From NCBI RefSeq assembly GCF_009914755.1, contig NC_060927.1: a stretch of DNA of 64,000 nt. One strand, 5' to 3'. The notes under the pieces are model-generated. The model searched no databases. It was not told where the DNA came from and was given only the letters and a program-made list of their open reading frames with translations. A program made the translations under genes and the position numbers. This DNA comes from the human T2T-CHM13v2.0 reference genome, Homo sapiens. Below are positions 1 through 21,842 of the stretch, piece by piece. The stretch's first letter is position 1. Every line of letters begins with the position of its first letter.

Positions 1-124
1 ATGCCACCAAACATTGTAAGACATCTCTACAAGAAATAAGCAAGCTCTGTCAGGAAGCCTTGGGATGAAAGAGGAGGAGACTTATCTGTTAATTTGTTTT
101 TTCTAAGTCTTTTGCCAAAGAGTT

Positions 125-965
125 ATATCAGTGAGGATCTAGCCAGGAAAACAGAAACCACTGTAAGCATTTAAAAAACACTTCAATACTTTTTTTTTTA
201 ATTAAAAAAAAAAAAAGAAGGAATTGAGCCGGATGCAGTGGCTCACGCCTGTAATCCCAGCACTTTGGGAGGCCAAGGCAGGTGAATCACAAGGTCAGGA
301 GTTCAAGACCAGCCTGGCCAAGATGGTGAAACCCCGTCTCTACTAAAAATACAAAAATTAGCCGGGTGTGGTGGTGGGTGCCTGTAACCTTAGCTACTCA
401 GGAGGCTGAGGCAGAGAATTGCTTGAACCCAGGAGGCAGAGGTTGCAGTGAGCAGAGGTTGCACCACTGCACTCCAGCCTGGGTGACAGAGTGAGACTCC
501 ATCTCAAAAAAAAAAATTAAAAAATTAAAAATAAATTAAAAAAGGAGGAATCAAATAGTAGGAATTGGATGGAAGAGCTGAGAAACCAAGCAAAGGAGTA
601 AAGCAACCCAGGCCTTAGCAACAGAAGAATACCACCACCACCCTCAGCTACAGGAGAAAGGGAAGGATGGAAGAGATGTTTCTGACATCCAAGGGCTGGC
701 GTCACTGAACAAAGCCAGAACCATCATGGGACTGTTTGGGGATAAAGCCTTTGCCAGAAAGACTTCTGAGGCAGACATGGAAAGGGAGAAACACCTTGCC
801 CTTCCTCTTGCCCCATAATCTCTCACTGATGCCTTCTGTTGACTGAATTTCACTGAAGCCAGCTGACATGGGAGCCTGGGAAGCAGCCTAGAGGAGTGAG
901 CCCTGTGATACAGAGCAGAGCAGAGCACAACAAGGACAAAATGTAGAGCCAAGGGCAAAGGAAAT
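125..965. mobile_element. Old MaLR (MLT1-type) LTR interrupted by an Alu (~226-516)
   Basis: TATATCAGTGAGGATCTAGCCAGGAAAACAGAAACCAC start and GGAAGAGCTGAGAA motif typical of MLT1. Confidence 0.5.
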
Positions 966-1175
966 CCCTTTCATGAGTTATAACCTTATAAATTATGGCT
1001 GAACTTTTTTTTTTTTTTTTTTTGAGACAGGTTCTCGATCTGTTACCCAGACTGGAATGAAATGGCAAGGATACTGCTCACTGCAGCCTTGACCTCCTGG
1101 GCTCAGGTGATCCTCACACCTCAGCCTCCCAAAGTGTTGAGATTATAGGTGTGAGCCACCACACCTGCCCCCACC

Positions 1176-1353
1176 TACCTTTAAAAACCCTTACTTGCAA
1201 GCCATCAAGAAGGTTGGATCTTAAGCATGAGCTGCCCAATTCTCCTTGCTTGGTGCCCTACAGATAAACACTCCTTTCTCCCACCACAAACCTTGGTGTG
1301 GGTATTTGGCCTTACTGTGCCAGGTGAAGGGACCCTGGTTCAGTTAGACAACA
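1176..1353 (+). mobile_element. ERV1 LTR 3' portion (MER39-like)
   Basis: CTTTAAAAACCCTTAC...TCTTAAGCATGAGCTGCCC...CTCCTTGCTTGGTGCCCT, ending in AACA. Confidence 0.7.
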
Positions 1354-2101
1354 TAAATATTTGCAGTGCATGTGTACTACCCAAGTACATGACTTCATTG
1401 ACAAATAAGTATAATCCCAGGGCTTTGGGAGGCCAAGGCAGGTCAAACAAAATTTACCAGACTTGGGTCCAACGGTTACTACCACACTTTAAGTTAGCAA
1501 ATAGCTTTCCCTTGGAAGCTTGATTTGAACAGCCAGTGAAAGAGAAGCACAGTTGGGCCAGGGGCTTGATGTCCCTGGGTATGTTACTGCTTTGGAAAAA
1601 GGGGCAGAAATTTATGCTTTTGCACCTTTGTAGTACTTCTTGGTAACAGAGTGTTCCTGTGATGAATCAGTTGCAAAACCATTTGTAGTTTCCATCTAAA
1701 TCTTGATTATGGGAATAATAACACCTTGATTTAACCCTCAGGGACCTAGAAAGAGTCACATCTAGAGTCCAAGAACTCTTTTCAAGTTCTAGTTCTAATA
1801 CTTACTAGCTGAGCAAGTTGATCTACTGATTTACTTTTCAGAAATCAAAAAAAGCCGCACTTTCCTTATCTATAAAATGGGTATGAATATCCTTATCACA
1901 GGGATGTTAAGGATAAAAAGAGAAATAATTGTACAAACTCTGTATGAAACCATCAAAGGCCATACAAAAGTAAAGACTGTTTAACACCCCGATATAGTGA
2001 GGAATTATATTTTAAAGTTGTGTGGTTACAGATATCATAGTGCTTACTACGCATCGGACGCATATACAAATCAATGGAAATACAATATTGATAATATTTA
2101 A

Positions 2102-2359
<258 letters not shown>

Positions 2360-2547
2360 TAGCTAATTTTTGTATTTTTAGTAGAGACGGGGTTTCACCA
2401 TGTTGGCCAGGATGGTCTCAATCTCTTGACCTCGTGATCCGCCTGCCTTGGCCTCCCAAAGTGCTAGTAGTACAGTCTTTGGCAGTCAAAAAAGTCTTCT
2501 TGGGAAAATGACACTCGTCCTTCCTTGGAAGGTGATGGCATTGGCTA

Positions 2548-2874
<327 letters not shown>

Positions 2875-3898
2875 CTAAAGGGGATTATAGACAAATGCCA
2901 TGGCAAATGCAAAAAAACAATATAGTGCCTCTGAGGAACCCCAGTAATATGGCCAAAGTGGGGAGTATGGAGACATGAAGCCAGAGGTCACAGCCAGATT
3001 GTGAAGGCCCTTAAAAGTCCTTGTAGGTCGGGCACAGTGGTTCACACCTATAATCCCAGCAATTTGGGAGCCCAAGCCGGGTGGATCACCTGATATTAGG
3101 AGTTCGAGACCAGCCTGAGCACCATGGGGAAACCCTGTCTCTATTAAAAGTACAAAAAAATAGCCAGATGTGGTGGCGGGCACCCGTAATCCCAGCTACT
3201 CCAGAGGCTGAGGCAGGAGAATCACTTGAACCGGGAGTTGGAAGTTACAGTGAGCTAAGATCTCGCCATTGCACTCCACCCTGGGCAAGAGCAAAACTCC
3301 ATCTCAAAAAAAAAAAAGGCCTTTTAAGGAGTTTGGACTTGGTACTAAGAGCATTGAATTGTCTTAAATGGGTGTGGATATAATCCAATTCATATTTCTA
3401 AAAATCTTTGGCTAAATGGAAGGATTCTGGAGGAAAACAGACCAGATGAAAAGGTTGAAGTGGCGCTAGTCTCAGTTGGGATTTAGGCTTAGGAATGGAG
3501 TAGCAGTGAGAATGGGAAGATCCAGCCTATTTAAGAAGTAGAATGCACAGACCTTGGTTGGTTGAACTAGATGGGGAAATGAATTAGTAGATGTTTCAGT
3601 TACCTGTTGCTGCACAACAAAGCATCTTCAAACTCAGCAGTTTAAAAGAATAACATGGGCCAGGCGCGGTGGCTCACGCCTGTAATCCCAGCACTTTGGG
3701 AGGCCGAGGCAGGCAGATCACGAGGTCAAGAGATTGAGACCATCCTGGCCAACATAGTGAAACCCCGTCTCCACTAAAAATACAAAAAATAAGCCGGCCG
3801 TGGTGGCGGGCGCCTGTAGTCCCAGCTACTTGGGAGGCTGAGGCAGGAGAATCACTTGAACCCAGGAGGCAGAGGTTGCAGTGAGCCTAAATGGGTCA

Positions 3899-4199
<301 letters not shown>

Positions 4200-4210
4200 T
4201 CAAAAAAAAA

Positions 4211-6371
<2,161 letters not shown>

Positions 6372-6967
6372 TATACAATACATGATTATTATTATTATTG
6401 AGACAGGATATTGCTTTGTTGTCCAGGCTGGAGTGCAACCTCCAACTCCTAGGCTCAAGCAATCCTCCCACCTCAGCCTCCTGAGTAGCTGGGACGACAG
6501 GTGCCTGCCACCACACCTGGCAAATTTTTGTATTTTTTGTAGAGACAGGGTTTCGCTATGTTTCCCAGGCTGGTCTCAAACACCTAGGCTCAAGTGATCC
6601 ACCTGCATCAGCTTCCCAAAGTGCTGAGATTACAGGTGTGAATCACCACACCCAACCTTACAATACATTATTATTAACTATAGTCACCATGCTATACATT
6701 GGGTTCGACTCCACCTCCTGATGGATGGGAGGAGCAGCATGTGCGTATTGGGATGGTAAGAGTTGTCAACCAAGAAGCTAGATGTAAAAGGTCACATATT
6801 GTATGATTCTCTGGAGGCAGTCTTCCACAAGCAGTAAGAATCACATATAGGCCAGGCACTGTGGCTAACACCTATAATCCCAACATTTTGGGAGGCCGAG
6901 GTGGGTGTATCCCTTGAGTCCAGGAGTTTGAGAACAGCCTGGGAAAAATGGCAAAACCCGGTCTCTA

Positions 6968-7255
<288 letters not shown>

Positions 7256-7904
7256 TCAAAATAAATAAATAAATAAATAAATAATAATAAAAATAAAAAT
7301 AACAAAAATATAAAAAATTAGTCAGGTGTGGTGGCGTGCACCTGTAGTCCCAGCTACTTGGGAGGCTAAGGTGGGAGAATCACCTGAAACTGGGAGTTAG
7401 AGGCTGGAGTGAGCCATGATTATACCACTGCACTGCAGCCTGGGTAACAGAGTGAAACCTGTCTCAAAACACAGACACAAACAAACAAACCACATACAGT
7501 CTAAAGTACTGTGAATGGATAGTGGTATCATTATTAGCTGGAGGTAAAGTGACTCACCGTAGTTTATGACGGAGCAAAATCCTACTGAGCTTTTCCACCT
7601 CCCCACTCCTGAATTAGTTATCCATCATTGATGTCAGCCTGATTGTGAAAAAAGGGAGAGCTGCTGATACGGAAAGTAGAGGGAAGAGAGCCCAAATATC
7701 TTCAATATAATAGCAAATCCTAGAATCTAGAATGTAGTGGTTAAGATAATAGCCATTTACCAGTCTTGTGGCTTGGGAAAGTGGATTAACATCTGTGCCT
7801 CAGTTTCCCTATCTATGAAATGGGGGACAAGAACCAACATAGATGTGACCACATGTGAGAAAGTGAAAAGGGGACTAAGAAAATTAAAAAAAAAAAAACA
7901 GTTC

Positions 7905-8275
7905 TGTTAGTAGAATGTTCCCAACTGGACATAAACAGCACTCACAGAATATGAACAATGTTCATAGACAGTTTCACCATGATCGTGTTTTGGACAAGAC
8001 AGAAACAAGGCCCTCAACAACCACACAAATGGGAAAACACCCCCTTCTTCTAATGTAAATGATCCCGCTTTTTTTTTAACCAATGACAGCTCTAGCTTGC
8101 TTTGTTCCTCCTTCTGTTTAGATAAAACCAAGACTGAATTGCTTGTTTCCTGACAGCATCCAATTCAAATTTGGCCTCCTACTTTCCCAATCCCTCTAGA
8201 ATAAGCCCAAATTCTATAAGAGATTCCTCCTAATTCCTTTTCATTAAGAGGCTCCCTACTACACTTCAGGTGTGC
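7905..8275 (+). mobile_element. ERV1-class LTR fragment (MER67-like)
   Basis: TG start; CCAATGACAGCT...TTCCTGACAGCATCCAAT...AAGCCCAAAT motifs. Confidence 0.45.
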
Positions 8276-8327
8276 CTTTTTATTATTTTTTATTCTTTAT
8301 TTTATTTATTTATTTATTTATTTTTGA

Positions 8328-8525
<198 letters not shown>

Positions 8526-9109
8526 TGATCTCAAACTCCTGATCTCAGGTAATCTGCCTGCCTCGGCCTCCCAAAGTGCTGGGATTACAGGCATTAGCCA
8601 CCGTGCCCGGCCAGGTATGCCTTTGCCCAGCCAGGTATGCCTTTTTATGGTGGGCACATATTCATCAAAAGTCATACTAGAGTAATCATATTGGCCCTAT
8701 TCAAAATAGATAAAATATCCAAATGCCCAACAATAAAATGAATACATAAATTAAGGAATATTCACATAATGTAACATTATAATATATAACAATGAGAAAC
8801 AAATACAACTTCATTCAACAATGTCAATGAATCTCATACTATCGAGCAAAAGAAGCTAGACCCTAAAAAATATATTGTATAATGTATATACATTAAGTTT
8901 AAAAGCAGGTGAAGCTAATCCATAGTGTTAAATGTCAGCATAATGATTATCTTTGTGGAGAGATGGGAAGAGGCATGAGGGGAACTCCCAGATATGGGTA
9001 AAGCTCTGCCCTTTCTCTGGGTGCTAGTTATATGTATGTGTTGAGTTGATGAAAAGTCAATACACTGTACTTATGATTCATGCACTTTTCTTTGTGTATG
9101 TTAGCCTGA

Positions 9110-9370
<261 letters not shown>

Positions 9371-9489
9371 TGATCCACTTGCCTTGGCCTCCCAAAGTGC
9401 TGGGATTGCAGGTGTGAGCCACCACGCCCGGCCAAAAACAAATACTTTTTTAAAAGAAAGTTTAAAACAAAAGTTAAAAAAAAAGAAAA

Positions 9490-10340
9490 AAACAGGTACA
9501 AACCTGAAAAATCTCCCAATTAACAAAGCTGGGACAATTTTAGCAACAAAATAATGTAGTATTGGAATGTAACCATTATAAGATAAACATCCATGAGTCC
9601 ATACTGATATAAATAGCTAAGTGAGGGAGAAGAGGCAAACTTCCCTTGGGGAAGATAATTTATGTACATACTCCCCACTGCAGGAGGTAGAGCTTAAATA
9701 CCCCGCCTTCCCACCTTGAGTGTGGGTTGCATTTATTGACTTGGTTCCAAAGTAGTGTGGAAGGGTAGGAGGAGTAATTGCACAGTAGAGAAAACTGGCA
9801 AGCACTACCTTAGAGAGGTAATCAAGGTTAACATGATCAGTGATGTCATTTTGACAGCATGTACCCTTGATTCTATGTGATGAGAACAGCCAGTCACCTT
9901 GTGGTCTTCCTCCTAAACACCCAAAACCCCAGTCTAACCATGAGAAAAATATTGGCCAAACCCAAATTGAGGCACATTCCACCAAATATCTGAGGAGTAA
10001 CTCTTCAAAACTGTCAAGGTCATCAAAAACAAGAAGAATCTGAGAAACTGCCACAGCCAAAAATAGCCTAAGACGACATAATGAATAAATGCAATATGGT
10101 GTCCTGGACAGGATCCTGGAACAACAACAAAAAAAGGACATTGAAAGAAAGCTGGTAAATGTGAATAAAATGTGTAGTTTAGTGAGTAATAGTGCGCCAA
10201 TCAAACTGGTTTCTTAGATGTGATCAACGTAACATAGTAAAATAATTAAGATGTTCACAATAGGAGAAACTAGGTGAGGAGACAGGAACTCTAGGTGTCA
10301 TCTTTGCAACTTTTCTGCACAACTACAACTATTCTAAAAT
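9490..10340 (+). mobile_element. L1MC-type LINE-1 3' end
   Basis: AAAGCTGGGACAATTT...CATCCATGAGTCCATACTGATATAAAT...TCTTTGCAACTTTTCTG...TCTAAAATAAAA. Confidence 0.75.
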
Positions 10341-10740
10341 AAAAGGCGTTTCTTTTTAAACGGGAATCCTCAACAGCGCCTCTCTCATGGGGTTGCAAGA
10401 AATCAATGAGATAGTACAGACCAAGTGCAGGGCTCAGTGCTTAGCACATAAATGTCAGATGTGGTTATTGTAATATTATGTAACATTGAGGGACAAAAGC
10501 TCTGACACCTCGGTGTTTTAATTAGAGTAAGCAAAGGACAGACGCGCGTACGTCCCACCGCGTCAGCCCTGTGAACATCCAGAGGTTCCAGCCAGAGTAC
10601 GTCCGGCCGGAGGCGGGGCGCGGAGGGGACGTCGGCGTGGGGCGGGGCCAGTAGCAGTTCCCACGCCGGCGCTCCAGGCGCGGCAGGCTGCCGCCCCCGG
10701 AAGTAGTGGGTACCGGGACGCCGTGAGGCGGAAGCTGTGT

Positions 10741-10806
10741 ATGGCGGGAGGCTGTGGCGGTCCCTTGGTGGGGAAGCTGTTGCTGTTGCTAGACGACGGG
10801 AACTAG
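10741..10806 (+). other. Upstream ORF (21 codons, MAGGCGGPLVGKLLLLLDDGN*) in probable 5' UTR
   Basis: ATG at 10741 (+4 G, -3 T), TAG at 10804-10806. Confidence 0.5.
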
Positions 10807-10977
10807 CTCTCGTCACTTCCTCAGCCCGCCGTCTGCCCACTCCTCTAGCCGGAACCTGGGGGCCCGGAGCCGGGGTAGGCACAGAGTTGTCCTCGGAGGT
10901 CCAGGACAGCGGCCAGCCCGGCGGCGGGAGTCAGGGCCACGCCACCTGCAGGGAAGAACCCGAGTCGAAGCGGGAAG

Positions 10978-10999
10978 ATGGCTGCAGACAAGCCTGCAG
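10978..10999 (+). CDS. CNOT10: CNOT10 exon 1 coding part (MAADKPA + 1 nt)
   Basis: AAGATGG Kozak context; donor CAG|GTAGGG at 11000; phase 1 joins exon 2 (G|AT = Asp); matches the recognised CNOT10 N-terminus. Confidence 0.95.
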
Positions 11000-12744
11000 G
11001 TAGGGCGCCAATGTCCCGAGCGACGAGACGGCGGGACGTGCGGGGCCGGGCGGACCCTGAACTCGGAGGCGGCGGGGCCCGGGGTGGGGACTCCAGGGCG
11101 ACTTGAATTTGGGCGTGCATTTCTTTACCCCATCCTCTGTCTCGGCTGTCGCTAACATGAGTCTTCGGGCCCCGGGTCCAATAGTTGTTTTACTCAAGTG
11201 CAGTATTTGAAGTCGCCACTGGCCGCCTTTGCCCTGCTCTTCAGAATAACTCCGGCCCAAAAAGCTTAAATGTATTTTGCCGCTTCGCAGAATTTTCCGC
11301 TTCTTCGTGGGAAAAGCAGACAAGAGAAAGTCACCCTGGAGCACACATCTGCCTATAATATCGCGTGGCTGAGGCTGGGATTCACCTGGGCTGTTTTGAC
11401 CACATGTGGCTTCCTCTGGTCATTGACTCCTGTGAAATTAACTTTGTAAAAACCACTTTTTTTTTTCTTGATAGAGACGGGCGGGGGTCTCGCTATGGTG
11501 CCCAGGCTGATCTCGAACTTCTGGGCCCAAGCGATCCTTCCGCCTTGGCCTCTCAAAGTAAACCACTTATTTAAAAAGGCATAAAATCCTATTGTCTCTC
11601 TACAGTCTGTGCTCCTAAAATCTTGCATTTGGTACTTAATTGCTCTAGTTCCTCGAAATTACTTAATCTCAATGGTTTTCTTTATGGATTATTGCTCCCA
11701 TTCCTAGAATCTTCCACATTAAGGAATATAAAATTATTTCCTGACCTTGTCCGGAATGTTTCCCGCAAGAAATTCATATTCTTTGTGGCATCCAGGTTTT
11801 ATTGGAAAGAACTTAAGTGACAGGATTTAAAAGTGATGGAACTTAAAATTTTTACAGTGAATTTAATTTAAAATTAAAGAAAAACTCAGTGTGCTGTGGA
11901 TTTTAGTAGGTTCTGGTCACAATAACTGACAAATGAACTTCACTTGGAAATTAAGCCAATTCTATTTTAGGTACAGAGGAATAAAAATCATTAGAGGATC
12001 TCTTCAATAATCTAAGAAGAAAAACAACAGAACAAAGGCCTTGAGAGGGTATAAGGAATGTGCTGTGAAATTTTGGATAGGTTGTTCAGGGAAGGCCTCT
12101 GGTGAGATGATATTTGAGCAGAGATATGTAAGAAGTGAGGGAATGAGCCATAAGAAATGAGGAAAGGTGGATGAGGGAGAGACTATTAGACAGGAAAACG
12201 GCATGGCCTGTCCAAGGCTGGACCAGGGGACCAACATCTTCCTCCTTATTTTAGAATAGTGTCTGTGTTCCCCACATTTACCATTCCTACTTGCTCATAC
12301 CATTGCGCTTGCCCGAAATCACCCTTTTAGACCTAAAGCCCATCCAGTTTTCAAATCCTCAGTCATAAAGCCTTCTACTTGTTCATTTATTCATTCGCAA
12401 AGATTGAGTGTTGAATAATGGATATGACACACTCCCTGCCTTTGAAGACCTGCTGTTCAGTCTGTTGGAGGAGACAGGCATATCCTAGCTGCACTCCTGT
12501 TTGGTAAGAGCTGTGTAATGTGTGTAGTTGAAGAATAAGGTCCACAGTGATTAGGGGACTGTTTTTTTCATTGGTTTAAGTTTATAGGCCATATTGAAGG
12601 AAACTTCCTGCTTTGATATAAGGTTAAATTTGAATAAAATAGATGAGTGTTTAGTGTAGCTCCTTTGAATCTCTGCTCATCTCCATCTCATCTGCTGTGT
12701 TTCTGGCCTTTATCTTTTAATATGATCTATGTCGCATTGAGTAG

Positions 12745-13282
<538 letters not shown>

Positions 13283-13844
13283 TCCTCACTCTAATGTGGT
13301 TTGTGAGCATCTTCAAAATCTATTTCCAGCTGGATTTCTGTATCAACCCACCCAGCTCTTCACATCATAAATTACTGTTGCAAAGCATTGTGTTTTTTGA
13401 GCTTTTGAGCCGTAGTGTCCTTTCTCTTCTCCGTCTGGTGAACACTATTCATTCAGTCTATCTTACATGCTGCTTCCTCTCTGAGCTCACGAGGTCAGGA
13501 TATTTGTCACGGAGGGTCTTGTGTGTGTGTTCTTCATCAGGTAAGAAAAAAGGGTCATGAAAGGACTTAAGGTGAGTGATCTGATCACACTGACTGTTGT
13601 AGGTGGTGGATTTAAATGAAGTAAGACAGGAAGCCTAGAGACCACCTAAGATGAGTTAATGTTGTGATATTAATTTATTCAGTAAATATTCACCAATGGC
13701 CTGTTTTGCCAGGTACTACTTTAGGAACTGGGCAGGAACAAAACAAAGTCTCTGTTCTGGAGCTTATTTACTATGAAGGACAGATAAGCATGTAAATAAA
13801 ATGAAAAATAAGATGATTTCAAGTTGTGATAGATACTCTGAAGA

Positions 13845-19378
<5,534 letters not shown>

Positions 19379-19694
19379 TAGTCTTATGATTTCAATTTAA
19401 AATGTATAATTGACTGAATATTGATTTATACTTGTGAATTTAAATTGAAACCTTATTGCAGTTATTTTATTTTGTGGACATTAGAGAGTACCTAAGAGTC
19501 ACTATAAGTTTAATTTTTTAGGTATGTAAGTTATTCTCAGGAAATTTTTTTTTCTTGACACATGTTAAAATACAAAAATTTTGTCTTTTTAAGTCTAGCA
19601 ATTATACTTAAAATTGAATATATTGTTGGGGTTTGGTGGGGGGGTTGCAATAGTTCTCACTTGATAAATTTTTTTTTTTTTAATTTAAAAAAAG

Positions 19695-19769
19695 TGTTTG
19701 GTACTCTACACTTTCAGAGAAACTTCTCCAGTAACAAACTGTAGAAATGATCCCTGAAAGTGTAGTCTT
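19695..19769 (-). pseudogene. 3'-truncated U3 snoRNA retropseudogene (~first 70-75 nt)
   Basis: Reverse complement AAGACTACACTTTCAGGGATCATTTCTACAGTTTGTTACTGGAGAAGTTTCTCTGAAAGTGTAGAGTACC closely matches the U3 5' end (AAGACTATACTTTCAGGGATCATTTCTATAGTGTGTTACTAGAGAAGTTTCTCTGAACGTGTAGAGCACC). Confidence 0.93.
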
Positions 19770-20140
19770 GGTAAAATTTTTTAAGTAGTTAACATTTTAT
19801 GTTTGAAGATGTTATGTTGAAGGTGAACTTTGAAATGAGTTTAGACATTCATCACAGGCCTTTAAAATTAGACCTCCAAGTAGAATAAGTTGTCTAAGTT
19901 CGGTGTAAAAATTTGAGTAAAATCTAGGCTTTTTGAATTTGTAACTTTAATAAATTAAGTATTAATATTTTAAAACTAGAGTAAATCTCAGTCTTTTCTA
20001 TGCATAAAAACTCCTCCTCTTAGATGTGAAAACAAAATACTCATCAGCAGTGGCAATATTCTGCTTTGCCTAGCTTCCTTAAAGCATGCTGATATTGTTT
20101 TTTCTTCTTTCAGTTTTTTGTTTGTTTGTTTGTTTTTTGA

Positions 20141-20242
<102 letters not shown>

Positions 20243-21154
20243 TGAGTAGCTGGGATTATAGGGGCGCACCACCACGCCCAGCTAATTTTTGTATTTTTAG
20301 TAGAGATGGGGGTTTCACCATGTTGGTCGGAATGCTCTCAAACTCCCCACCTCGTGATCTGCCTGCCTTGGCCTCCCAAAGAGCTGAGATTATAGGTGTG
20401 AGTCACCGCGCCCAGCCTAACTTTTATATTTTTAGTAGAGATGGGATTTCACCATGTTGGCCAGGCTGGTCTCAAACTCCTGACCCCAGGTGATCCTCCT
20501 GCCCTGGCCTCCCAAAGTGCTGGGATTACAAGCCTGAGCCACCGTGCTGGCCATGCTGATATTATTGATTTGAATTTCTGTTCCTTTATTTCTACACTAC
20601 TGGGCAGGATGCTCAATTCTGTAACATTGCTTGTTACAAATGGCTTATTCTTTGGGCTGCGAAGTGTGTGCTTTCCCATTTCTCCAGCTCCTCTTGTCCA
20701 GTGGAGGGAATATGGTTTAGTGAATAAACCATTTGAGGTTTTGGTAAGTCAAGTATACTTGTTCAGATGATAGAAATCATATGTGAGGTATGTTAACCTA
20801 GCTGTATAGTGACATTAGTGGGCCTGAATTGTTTTTCTTCGAAGTGGCATCCTTCTTAAGATTTAAAACTTTCCTTCACAAGGGCATCATTGGTATTTTG
20901 TGACTGTGATTGTTGATTTCCTTAGGTCTTTTAACATCCCTTTTTTCTTTGGAAAAGTTTTCTTTTCTTGATATATCAGTGGAGCTGTATTTTGATGAGT
21001 GTAGCTTGTAGTCTCCACCAATCAGATTTGAATGATTAACATTCTGTATTGGAATGTGTCTGTGCTTTCAGTTAACTGATGATTTTCAGTTTTGAAAACG
21101 TGGTGCATTTCTTTTCTGCTTAGTTCAAACCTAAAGGCAATTGTTTATTTAGAA

Positions 21155-21356
21155 ATGAAGTCTATTGGTGTAAAGACTGTCAAGGTTTGTGGGTCAAAGA
21201 GCTCTGTACGCATAGAAGGTCAGCCATGTTCATTAGGCCAGAGTAGAAGGAAAGTCAAGCTTATGGGTGAACGGTCGTATACTCTTTCAATTGGCAACGG
21301 AGACTACTTTTGGGCAAATAAAGAAATGCTGTGGGATTATGTGCAGACTCTGTCTG
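21155..21356 (+). CDS. CNOT10: Putative alternative N-terminal coding exon of CNOT10 (MKSIGVKTVK...DYVQTLS, 67 aa)
   Basis: No repeat recognised; open frame from ATG 21155 to strong donor CTG|GTAAGA, phase 1 like exon 1, so it joins exon 2 in frame (+60 aa relative to exon 1). Confidence 0.7.
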
Positions 21357-21494
21357 GTAAGAAGTCAGTAGTTATAAATAATAAATGTTTTTAAAACATT
21401 AAAAAAACTGATTACAAAAATGAATACCCATTTCTGGCAGAAAACTCGAGAAATGTACAAATACACAAGGAAAATAAAAATAATCCTGTTGAAG

Positions 21495-21498
<4 letters not shown>

Positions 21499-21545
<47 letters not shown>
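21499..21545 (+). repeat. (TG)23 microsatellite
   Basis: Perfect TG run. Confidence 0.97.
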
Positions 21546-21547
<2 letters not shown>

Positions 21548-21734
21548 TTGAAATGGGGTCTTGGCCGGGCGTGGTGACTCATGCTGGTAATCCCAGCACT
21601 TTGGGAGGCCGAGGCAGGCGGATCACTTGAGATCAGGAGTTCAAGACCAACCTGGCTGACATGGTAAAACCCTGCCTCTACTAAAAATACAAAAATTAGC
21701 TGAGCATGGTGGCGGGCACCTATAATCCCAGCTA

Positions 21735-21842
<108 letters not shown>

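Larger units (their letters stand above)
10540..11300 (+). promoter_or_regulatory. CNOT10: CpG-island, TATA-less promoter and 5' UTR of CNOT10
   Basis: Abrupt GC/CpG-rich stretch in AT-rich DNA. GC boxes at ~10611-10648, ETS/GABPA CCGGAAGT at 10697-10704, GTCACTTCC at 10812-10820, YY1-like AAGATGGC overlapping the ATG. TSS is not visible from sequence; probably ~10700-10740. Confidence 0.9.

Noticed and set aside
9617-10204. 195-aa minus-strand ORF, longest in the track
   Set aside because: Lies antisense within an L1MC 3' fragment; no recognisable protein
10741-10977. In-frame N-terminal extension of CNOT10 from the upstream ATG
   Set aside because: In-frame TAG stops at 10804, 10846 and further downstream
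10403-11344. Overlapping ORFs suggesting a divergent head-to-head gene
   Set aside because: Expected in a GC-rich CpG island; no supporting exon structure upstream on the minus strand
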